Shown here: piece after piece, positions 11,824 to 21,072 of the stretch
How the letters are laid out: the number at the start of each line of letters is the position of its first letter
Position numbering within the stretch: position 1 is the stretch's first letter
Assembly (NCBI RefSeq): GCF_000142905.1
Contig: NW_013657621.1
Coordinates: 81,021-145,020 of the forward strand
Direction of reading: 5' to 3'
Source of the DNA: Thecamonas trahens ATCC 50062
Taxonomy: Eukaryota > Protista > Apusomonadida
DNA: 64,000 nt
The notes under the pieces: model-generated
The model's database searches: none
What the model saw: the letters and a program-made list of their open reading frames with translations, nothing else
Told to the model about the DNA's origin: nothing
Translations under genes and position numbers: made by a program

Positions 11824-13596
11824 CTAGGCCTGGGAACGGTGCGCGCGCCAGAGGCCGAGGAACTGGGTGTGAAGCTCGACGACCTGGCCTGGGGTGAGGG
11901 TGGCGGGATCGAGGCCGGCAAGGGCTTCGCATCGCACAGGGTCGATAGGCAGAGGCGAGGCAGGGGAAGGAGGAAGTAGAGGTAGAGGTCGCGGCGGGGG
12001 GGAGGCGGTGGCGGCGGACGAGGCGGTGGTGGGCGAGGCGGTGGCAGGTGAGGCGGCGGCAGGAGGGGAGGCGGCCAGGAGCTTGTCGAATGCCTCCTTC
12101 TCCATGTCGACGTCGGCAGCGTCGAGCGAGGAGAGGAAGGTAACAGCAGACCAGACCTGGGTGGTGTAGTAGCCCTCTTCGCCGCGCATAGCCTCGGCAG
12201 CGCGGAAGCGCTGGATGTACTCGAGGTTAGTCCAGAGGAGCGGCGGGCGTGAGATGAGGATGACGTAGATGAGGACCGGGAGGAGGGTGTCTGCGCCGAT
12301 GGAGCTCGCGCCGGAGAGCTGGGCAATGAGCTCGTAGACAGCGGCGCAGGCGTCGAGAATGGCGACGACCTTGAGGCGCGGGCAGCGCTCCGCATTGACG
12401 AGATGCAGCTTGTCGCGGGCACGAACAAAGTGATCGTTGGCTTGCAGCGCAGATGTGTCGGCAAGCGCGGGCGCGAGCTCGGCGTCGACGCCAAAGGCGG
12501 TCGGTGGGAGGATTTGCAGGGCGGAGATGCGCTTGGTCAGTGCCTTGTCGCGGGCAAGCGCGGCATGGTCACGGAAGACGCAGCCGTAGAGGACGACGGC
12601 GGCAAACATCTCGAGACCCTCGCGGACTTCAGACCGCGGCTGCTGCCAGGTGAACATCGGGTGGCCGACAATGGCCTCGCGGTGGGCGTCAAGCGTGTCG
12701 GTGAGCCGAGTGGCGACGGCGTCGAGCGCCGGGCCGGCCAGCTTGCAGAAGCGCAGCGAGGTGATTTCCAGCGCAAGCGCCTCGTGGAGCGAGACCAGGA
12801 GCTGGACCATCGACCAGTGGTGAAGCTTGAGCTGGAACTCGTCGAACCGGTTGATGATCTTGGTCCGGACCGAGAACCGCGAGCCTGAGACCAGCTGGCG
12901 GAGGTCCGGGGCGGCGCCGTCGACCAGGCCGGCTACGGCGCCGGTGTCATCGCCGGCCCAACCGACGTTGGCGGCGCCGGACTCGCTCCCGCCCGACCCA
13001 ACAGCTTCGTTGAGATGCGAGACGTAGGCCTGGGTGACAAAGAACGCCACCGCCTCGTACATCCACTCGACAGCGGCGGACGAAGGGAGGACAAAAGAGA
13101 GGATGGTGCTGTCGCGGGAGCCGTTCGGGCGCGCCTCAACGAGCTGGATGGCCGACTTTTCGTCACGGCGGCCGTACCGCGCGATGTCGCGCCAGAGGTG
13201 TCGTGACTCGCCGACGCCCGGTGCAGGTGAGCTTGACCCGCGCTTCTTATCGGTGGGGATGATGGTGACGGCCTCGAGACTCAAGACGACCTGCGCCGGA
13301 CGCAGGCGCTTCTTCCCTGCCGACGACACAAACGAGACTGAGAAGACCAAGCCGCGGCCCGGGACAATCCGCAGCACATCCGCGCTTGGCGGCGACGGCG
13401 GCGGGTCCAAGATCCCGTATTCGGGTACCGAGCCGCTTGACGCACTCTCTCCTGATCTTGCTTCTGCCGACATGATGACCTCTGCCGTGCTTGCTCTCGC
13501 TGACTTGTCCTCGATGGCTTGTCGGTCTGTCCCCGATGGCTTGTCCTCGATGATGGATGCGCTCGTGTGCCCTGTCGCCACTGACGAGAGACTCAA
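11824..13596 (-). CDS. VPS9-domain Rab5-family GEF with an N-terminal PH/PTB-like region; true start unresolved
   Basis: VPS9 hallmarks: 'CPRLKVVAIL', 'GADTLLPVLIYVIL', 'LWTNLEYIQRF' and 'GEEGYYTTQVWSAVTFL'. Confidence 0.9.
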   Translation of the reverse strand: MSLSSVATGHTSASIIEDKPSGTDRQAIEDKSARASTAEVIMSAEARSGESASSGSVPEYGILDPPPSPPSADVLRIVPGRGLVFSVSFVSSAGKKRLRPAQVVLSLEAVTIIPTDKKRGSSSPAPGVGESRHLWRDIARYGRRDEKSAIQLVEARPNGSRDSTILSFVLPSSAAVEWMYEAVAFFVTQAYVSHLNEAVGSGGSESGAANVGWAGDDTGAVAGLVDGAAPDLRQLVSGSRFSVRTKIINRFDEFQLKLHHWSMVQLLVSLHEALALEITSLRFCKLAGPALDAVATRLTDTLDAHREAIVGHPMFTWQQPRSEVREGLEMFAAVVLYGCVFRDHAALARDKALTKRISALQILPPTAFGVDAELAPALADTSALQANDHFVRARDKLHLVNAERCPRLKVVAILDACAAVYELIAQLSGASSIGADTLLPVLIYVILISRPPLLWTNLEYIQRFRAAEAMRGEEGYYTTQVWSAVTFLSSLDAADVDMEKEAFDKLLAASPPAAASPATASPTTASSAATASPPPRPLPLLPPSPASPLPIDPVRCEALAGLDPATLTPGQVVELHTQFLGLWRAHRSQA

Positions 13597-14045
13597 ATCG
13601 CCGAGCTCCTGTCCGACCTGTTGCTCACCGCAAGTGTCGCCGTCACACGTGGGTGGGTGTGGAGGAGGGAGGTGTACAATGTGGTTGGAGACAGTTGGTG
13701 GTGCGTGGTGTGGACAGAGAAGGGGAGGAGGGCAGGCGGAGGCAGAGGCGGAGGCAGAGGCAGAGGCGGAGGCGGAGGCGGTGACGGCATCGACCCGGTG
13801 GCTGCTGCTGGTCTATGGATTTCCATTGATGTCAATGATTGAGAATGGTTGGCTGCCGCTGCCGCTGCCTCTGCCGCTGCTGCTGCCACTACGGTTGGGA
13901 GGACCGAAGACCATTGGGGGCCGGGAGGGGGGGGGGGGGGGGGGGNNNNNNNNNNNNNNNNNNNNNNNNNNNNNNNNNNNNNNNNNNNNNNNNNNNNNNN
14001 NNNNNNNNNNNNNNNNNNNNNNNNNNNNNNNNNNNNNNNNNNNNN

Positions 14046-14924
14046 CTGACCATGCTGTGGTCTGTGCGCAAGGGCGGTATGTATCCCTGTCCCTCCTCCC
14101 CTCCCCCCCCCGTCCCCACCCACCCCTTCCCCCCCCCCCCCTTCTCCCTCCCCCCGCCCGCCTCTCTGTGCGTCCTTTACCCGTTGGCCAGGCGCCGAAG
14201 GGGTGAATTTTCGCCTTTTTCCGACCAATGCCTCCCCTCCCCCCTCCACCCCCCCCCCCCCCACAAACCCCAACACCCTCCACCTTCCCATGCACAACCG
14301 TTCTCCTTCCCCCTTGCCAACAACAACCTAGCAAAGGAGCGGGACTACCCCATGCCATGTTATGTGTCTGGTTCGTCCCCCCCCTCCCCCCCCCCCCCCG
14401 CCTTCCTCCTCTTTCTGCCATGTACTCACGAAACATACCATGTGTGACTACGTGGGACAACGTTGCCATGATGATGATACGGCACCGGTAATCCATGACG
14501 ATATGGATGCCATAACCTATGGTGGTTGTGGCTTGGGTTTGGGAACGCGGTCTATGCTGGTTGGGGTATGTGCTCTCATATGGCCGGCCTCTTGTTGTGT
14601 GTGTGCGTGCGGTCGACTCTGGTCCGCTCCGTGCACTCGCGTGGCTGGCGCTGGTGGTGCGGTACGGTGCGGTGCGGGTGGACAGGACGTTGGCACTGCT
14701 GCAACGTGTCGGGAGGATACATCATACTGACGTCGATCTCCAGGGACGGGTTCAACCTCGACAGCCACGCTTATGTCAACGTGGATCAGTACCTCTCGGA
14801 TCACAACTTCCAGTCGCAGGTCCGGCGCAACCTCGGGTCCAAGAACTCGGAGGAGATCCTCAAGCGAGTGACCTTCCTGGTCAGCGAGCGGCAGAAGGAG
14901 ACGCCGAACGCTGCTGCCTCGTGA
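14046..14924 (+). CDS. Small hypothetical protein, partial (5' end in or before the N gap); exons ..14076 and 14686-14924
   Basis: GTATGT donor at 14077 and gacAG acceptor at 14684-14685 join in phase 1, giving LWSVRKGGRWHCCNVSGGYIILTS...AAS*. The last exon has coding-like high GC3. Confidence 0.6.
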
Positions 14925-15782
14925 CTGTCACATGCATGCATCTCTCTCTACCTTGCTCCTTCTCGTTCTCCTCCTCATCCTCCTCCTCATCCTCCTCCTC
15001 CTCCTCTGATCCTTGTCGATGTGGCCCTCGTTTGTTCGCGCGTCGTGAGCAGCCAGCCATGGCCGCCGGTTGCTCGTTGGTGGTTGTCAAGCCCGATCGC
15101 CCCCCCCCCACCCCCACCCCCACCCCCCTCACACTCTTTCCACCTTCTCTTTTCTCGGCGGTCTTACCCAATCCGGGTGCCCTGGGTCGTCCTCTCCAAC
15201 AAACACACCTCTGCAACTCCCCCTCCCACTCTCCCCTCTGCTTGCACTGGCATGTCTGCGCAGCCGAACGAGTCGAGAGCGAGCGAGGCGACAACAAGTG
15301 CAGCCGAGTGGCGACTTTGATCATGCGTATGGCTGTGTTCACCTTGAGCGATTGGGCCCCAGCAGCGTACGCCAACAGGTATAGGAGTAGATCGTCACCC
15401 TGTCGTAGCAACGCGCCACGGTGAATAGCTCAGGCCGTCTGCCCAGCTCGCCATCGCCGCCAGTCACAACGGCCACACCGCTCTGCCCACTCTCACGAGC
15501 CAGCCAGTTCGCGCATGAAGAAGATCGGTCACTCATAGTCCCCAGAAACGGTGAGCGTCAGGGAATCAGAGCAAAAGCAGTGGTGGCGTGACGGTGAGAA
15601 GGAATTGTCGCGCCCGTCCCACCCCAATTGGGGACTTTGCTCGTCTCGACAAAAAGCGAGTGCCCAAAGCGGCGACAAGAGCGACAGGCACGCCCAACAG
15701 CGACAAGCACGTCCAACACACACGACTTCTACTTTCCAGCACCACAGACATACAATAGGTAGCAAAGCAGGTATTTGGTAGA

Positions 15783-18533
15783 ATGGAGTTTGGCTCTGAA
15801 ATGGTGCTCTTTGTCCCGCCTGAGATGGAAGAGGTCCGTGTGGCCAAACCAAAGACCCGTGGCGTGTCGGCTGCCTCGGCGCAGGCTGCCAGCTCGGGCC
15901 GTGGCCTATCGGCTGGAGCGACTGTCGGCTCGCTCAGCTCTGTGCGAACGGCAGATGGTGGAGTGACGGCGCTGCTGGACATTCTGGACTCTGCGGGGCA
16001 GGAGGAGTACTCGGCCATGCGCGATCAGTACTACCGGACTGGCGAGGGCTTTCTCCTTGTCTTTTCCCTCAACTCGCGGAGCTCTCTCGATGAGGCGCTC
16101 ATGGTGTACGAGCAGTGCTGTCGGGTGAAGGACAGCGACAACATTGCGGCGGTGCTGGTGGGCAACAAGTGCGATCTGGTGGATCAGCGCCAGGTGACGT
16201 GCGAGGAGGGCGTGGCCACGGCTGAGCGGCTTGGCATTCCCTACTTTGAGACGTCGGCCAAGGAGCGGATCAACGTAGAGGAGGCCTTCCACGAGTTGGC
16301 GCGCCAGTCGGTCCTCCGTGGCTACGTCGGCGCTGTTCGCTCGTACGGCGCCGAGTTCAAGCTGGTCGTTGTAGGTGGCGGCGGTGTCGGCAAGTCGGCG
16401 CTCACCATCCAGCTCATTCAGAACCACTTTGTCGACGAGTACGACCCGACCATCGAGGACTCGTACCGCAAGCAGGTTGTCATCTACGACATGCCGCTCT
16501 CGGCTGAAGAGAAGAAGAAGAAGAGCAAGAAGAAGGGCAAGAAGGGATTCTTCTCCAAGATCGGTTCGATGTTCTCGTCGTCGTCGTCGTCCAAGTCGTC
16601 GGGGAGTGGCTCGGCCGTCGGTGAGGGAAGCAATGCTGCCAACGAGAGTGATGACCAGGCTGACGAGTTTGACACATACACGGTTTCCAAGCGCGATCCG
16701 AACGTCATGTGCGTGTCAATGGAGTGCCTTGCACGCCAAGCGAGCGACGCCGGCGAGGATGCGACGACGGTCATCACCGGCGAGCCGGTGCTCTGCACCC
16801 GGTGCTCGGCGTCGCTTACGACCAACTCGAAGATTGTAGGCGCGGGGTCTAGCGACTCTGACTCCGACGACGATGATGGCGACGACGAGATCACATGGGA
16901 GTGCGAGTTTTGCAAGGCGCACAACGAGGCGTGGGTGAGTCCGGAGGAGATGCCGCGCGGGCCGCGGTCCGAATACGTGCTGAGCGCAGCGACAAGCGAT
17001 GGCGCCGGCGACTCGCTGCTTGTCTTTTGCATTGATGTCTCCGGTTCGATGTGCGTGACGGCTGAGGTGCCGACTGGGTTCGGGCTTGTGCAGGTGGGCG
17101 GAGTGCAAGTCGGCGGGGCAAGCAAGGGCAAGGGCAAGGACTCTGTATTCGACACTGAGGGCGCGTCGCAGTACCTGCCTGGTCAGCGGCGCGACGCGGC
17201 GTACATCTCGCGGATGGCGTCTGTGCAGGGTGCACTGGCGATGCAACTGGAGGAGGTCCGTCTGCAGAATCCCGGGCGGCGGGTTGTCCTCATCACGTTC
17301 TCGTCCGACGTTGTGGTGTGGGGCGACGGGCTGGTGGAGCCGCTGACGGTTGCCGGTGACCGGCTCTCGTCGTACGAGGAACTGATCGAGGTGGGGATGG
17401 GCTACGACGTGTCTGCGGTTGCGAGCGTGGAGGAGTCGCAGGCTGCGCTCGAGGCGCGGATTTCAGCCATCGAAGAGTCTGGCGCGACTGCGCTGGGCCC
17501 TGCACTCCTGCTCGCCATCACCATTGCGTCGCAAGTGGCACGGTCCGAGGTGGTGTTTATGACGGACGGGCTGGCCAACACGGGCGTTGGGGCGCTGGAC
17601 AGCGGCGGCGACGCCGATGCGCGTGCTGGAGCGGCGGCGTTCTATCAACAGCTGGGGCGGCGTGCGCAGGCCACCGGTGTCTCTGTCTCGCTGTTTGGGG
17701 TGGAGGATGCCGAATGTGGCATGGACGCACTGCTTGCGGCGGCGGAGCTGTCTGGCGGGCAGGTGGACATCGTCAAGCCGCTGGAGCTGCAGCGAGTGAT
17801 GCGGTCGAAGATCGACAACCCAATTCTTGGGACCGAAGTGACGGCAACAGTGTTTCTTGACGCTGGCCTGGTGTTTGCTGACGGCGACGTTGGCGAGGGC
17901 GTGACGGCGCTGAGCCCGAGCGTTCGGCAGTACGCGGTGGGCAACGCGACGGCTGCGTCGAACATCACGGTCCGGTACAAGCTGGCCAAGGACGACGAGG
18001 TGTACGCTGCCGAGCGGGTCCCGTTCCAGGTTCAGATCCGGTACACCAAGCTCGACGGGACGCAGTGCCTGCAGGTGTTTGCGGCGTCGCGGCCAGTGAC
18101 GCGGGTGCGGGCCGAGGCGCTGGAGAGCGCTGACGTCTCGCTGCTCGGCCTCGAGGCGGCCAAGACGGTGGCGGAGCTTGTGGCGAGCGGCGAGGCCGAG
18201 CAAGCACATCAGGTCCTGCTCTCCACCCAGCAGATGCTCGAGCGGTGCTCGGCGACGCCGGTGCAGGCCGAGGAGTTCTCGCAGTACGAGATGCGGATGC
18301 AGGATCTGAAGCTCGAGGTGGAGCGGGACCTCCGCGCTGTGGCCGAGAGCAAGAAGAAGAGCAAGAAGAGCAAGAAGGGTGCCAACGGGTGCAAGAGCCG
18401 AGCCGACCTGCGTGCCAAGATGTTCTACCAGATGAAGACAGCCCGGCGCGATGTGTTTCTGGCTGGCTCGCGGAAGAACGTGGCCATTCGCAAGGGTCAT
18501 CTGACCAAGGCAGCTGTTGCTCTTGGGCAATGA
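15783..18533 (+). CDS. cpras1: Circularly permuted Ras protein (cpRas) with a Sec23/24-like Zn finger and vWA domain
   Basis: G-box order is G3 (DSAGQEEY), G4 (NKCD), G5 (ETSAK), then G1 (GGGGVGKS) and G2 (YDPTIEDSY). Followed by CTRC...CEFC and a vWA domain 'FCIDVSGSM' ... 'TDGLAN'. Confidence 0.92.
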   Translation: MEFGSEMVLFVPPEMEEVRVAKPKTRGVSAASAQAASSGRGLSAGATVGSLSSVRTADGGVTALLDILDSAGQEEYSAMRDQYYRTGEGFLLVFSLNSRSSLDEALMVYEQCCRVKDSDNIAAVLVGNKCDLVDQRQVTCEEGVATAERLGIPYFETSAKERINVEEAFHELARQSVLRGYVGAVRSYGAEFKLVVVGGGGVGKSALTIQLIQNHFVDEYDPTIEDSYRKQVVIYDMPLSAEEKKKKSKKKGKKGFFSKIGSMFSSSSSSKSSGSGSAVGEGSNAANESDDQADEFDTYTVSKRDPNVMCVSMECLARQASDAGEDATTVITGEPVLCTRCSASLTTNSKIVGAGSSDSDSDDDDGDDEITWECEFCKAHNEAWVSPEEMPRGPRSEYVLSAATSDGAGDSLLVFCIDVSGSMCVTAEVPTGFGLVQVGGVQVGGASKGKGKDSVFDTEGASQYLPGQRRDAAYISRMASVQGALAMQLEEVRLQNPGRRVVLITFSSDVVVWGDGLVEPLTVAGDRLSSYEELIEVGMGYDVSAVASVEESQAALEARISAIEESGATALGPALLLAITIASQVARSEVVFMTDGLANTGVGALDSGGDADARAGAAAFYQQLGRRAQATGVSVSLFGVEDAECGMDALLAAAELSGGQVDIVKPLELQRVMRSKIDNPILGTEVTATVFLDAGLVFADGDVGEGVTALSPSVRQYAVGNATAASNITVRYKLAKDDEVYAAERVPFQVQIRYTKLDGTQCLQVFAASRPVTRVRAEALESADVSLLGLEAAKTVAELVASGEAEQAHQVLLSTQQMLERCSATPVQAEEFSQYEMRMQDLKLEVERDLRAVAESKKKSKKSKKGANGCKSRADLRAKMFYQMKTARRDVFLAGSRKNVAIRKGHLTKAAVALGQ

Positions 18534-18695
18534 ATGACGATGATGATGATGATGATGATGATGATGATCGCCGATGGGAGAGAGGGAGGAAGGGCGAGGC
18601 GAGGCGGGTCGGGTCGAGTCGGGTCGGATCCGGCAGGGCACAGGCCGAGTCGTCATGGGCAAACAAGGGCACACACTCGTCGCCCCCCTGTGCTG

Positions 18696-20839
18696 ATGCA
18701 TATCAAGACGGTACAGGTTGTGTGGCACTCGCGCAAGCCTGTTCTCTCGCTTGACTTTCATACCAACTCGCGCCTTGTCACAGGTGGGGCAGATGCTACT
18801 GTTCGGGTATGTGGTGCTGGTGCCGGTGCATGTGTTCGGTGCGGGTGGGGGGTGGCGGGGGGTGACCGCGTCGATTCTACGACCTTTTTCCAGAAGCGGA
18901 CGGATGTTGGTCCACAACCCCCTCGGAGGTGGGGGGGGGGGGGGGGGGAGGGGGGATGGTATACTCATTATGTGTGAGGGTGGATGTGATGGGGTGGGGG
19001 CTTGGATGGTGGTTGGTGGTTGGTGCTGGTGGTTGGTGGTTGGTGCTGGTGGTGCTGGTTGGTGACTGGTGATTGGTGGTGACTGGTGACTGGTGGTGAT
19101 TGCGGCTGGTGACTGGTGGTGATTGCGGCTGGTGGTTGGTGGTGGTTGGTGCTGGCGGATGGTGGTGGTGACTCCTTGCTGGTGGCGATGGCTGGTGGCG
19201 GCCACGCATGCCTGGTGGTGACTGATGGTGGCAGGTGTGGAGGATCAAAGACTCGGACGACGATGTGACGGTCGAGCACTTGGCCGATCTCACGACACAT
19301 CTCGGCTCGGTTAACGTTGTGCGGTTCTCGCCGGACCGCAGGGTCCTGGCCACAGGCGCTGACGACTCGAAGATCCTGCTGTGGGAGAACACGTCGGCGG
19401 CGCCGGAGAAGGAGGGGGGTGCGCCGGGCGCGGCGGGAGGCAAGGGCGAAGAAGGCGCGGGCGAAGGAGCGGGAGCGGCAGGAGCGGCGACGACGACCAA
19501 CACACCGTTTGGGGCGGCGTGGGGCTCGGCCGAGGGCGAGTCATGGCGAATCACCAAAATGCTGATCGGGCACTCGGCAGACGTGTACGACATATCATGG
19601 CTGGCGTCCGGCGACGCCCTAGTCTCGGGCTCTGTGGACAACAACGTGCTGCTGTGGCGGATGGGCAAGGAGAAGCCGGTCTCGATGATCCGCGACTCGG
19701 ACAACTATGTTCAGGGCGTGGCGTTTGATCCGTTTGGCGAGTTTTTCCTCTCGCACTCTGTCGACCGCACGCTGCGGATCTACCGCGCGCGGGCCGGAAC
19801 CGGCTCGATGCCGCTACTCGAGCCTGTGGCGGCGGGCACGTCGGACGCCGAGCTTGCAGTGTCGGACGACGCGCCCAAGTTTGCGCTCCCGGCGTACCGC
19901 AAGAAGCCGCTGGTCCTTCGCAAAGCGCTGTACAACACGTCGCGGAACGGCAATAGTGAGGCCGGAGGCGCGAGCAACGAGGCCGGTAGCGCGAGCAAGA
20001 CGACAACATGCAAGCGGTACAGCATGTGGGCTGACGAAGCAACGTCTACCTTCTTCCGGCGGCTGGCGGTGGCGCCGGATGGGTCAATTGTGGTGGTGCC
20101 GACCGGGGTGTACAAGGAGAGCCACGGGGCCGACAAGGTCAACACCACGTACGTCCTGCCGCGGCACGAGCTGGACACGCCAATCATGCACCTACCCTCG
20201 CCCGAGATGGCGACCGTGGCTGTCCGCTTCTGCCCGCACCTTTTTGAGCTCAATGAGGCAGTGAGCGAGACGCCAGCGGCGCTACCGCTTCCGTACCGCA
20301 TGGTCTTTGCGGTGGCGTCCATCGACACGGTGACCGTGTACGAGACGCAGACGATGCGGCCGGTCGCGCTGGTCTCCAACGTCCACTGCGCGGCCATCAC
20401 CGACCTTGCGTGGTCGCCCAACGCCCGCTACCTCGCCGTGGCGTCGCAGGACGGATACGTCACCCTCCTCAAGTTTGGCGACGGCGAGCTCGGCACTTTC
20501 CTGCCTGAGGCCAAGTACCCGGCGCGGCTCCGGCGGGTCCGAGCCGCCCTCGGCATCACCGCTGCCACAGATGGGGTGCTCAAGACGATGCCGTCGGCCG
20601 CACCCAAGCCCGCGCCGGTCGCCAACATCCTTGTTCCACGCAAAAAGGCCAAAAAGGCCCCTGCTGCCAACCAGGCCACCACATCGCCTGGCAAGCGCCC
20701 CCGCGAGCCGGCCGCGCAAGCCACATCGGCCGCACAATCGACCGCCGGCGACGCTGTTGTCGTCATCGAGGACGAGGAGGACGCGCCGCCGGCCAAGAAG
20801 GCCAAGACGTTGATGGCAGGAGCAGCTGCATCATTGTAA
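18696..20839 (+). CDS. CHAF1B: Chromatin assembly factor 1 subunit B (p60/Cac2), WD40; exons 18696-18806 and 19235-20839
   Basis: Motifs 'VVWHSRKPVLSLDF', 'HLGSVNVVRFSP', 'YVQGVAFDP', 'TFFRRLAVAPDGS', 'LPYRMVFAVAS' and 'HCAAITDLAWS'. GTATGT...gcAG intron in phase 0. Confidence 0.93.
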
Positions 20840-21072
20840 CATGTTGAATGAGAGTGCATTGGTGAAAGGTGTGTGTGGCGTGCGGGGGGGGAGGGGGGGG
20901 GGGCGGAAGGCTATTCCACTCGTCGCCACGCGGTGCCTGAGGCGAAAGGGCGGGCGGGCGGCGGGCGGCAGCAGGCGCAGCAGGGAACAGCAGCAGGCGC
21001 AGCAGCAGACGCAGCAACAGGCGCAGTAGCAGGCGGAGCAGCAGGTGGAGCAGCAGGCGGAGCAGCAGGAGT

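Noticed and set aside
15530-15645. RNase MRP-like AAAGTCCCC ... GGGGACT pair on the minus strand
   Set aside because: The spacing is short (~90 nt) and I could not find the GARAR loop or the P1-P3 helices.
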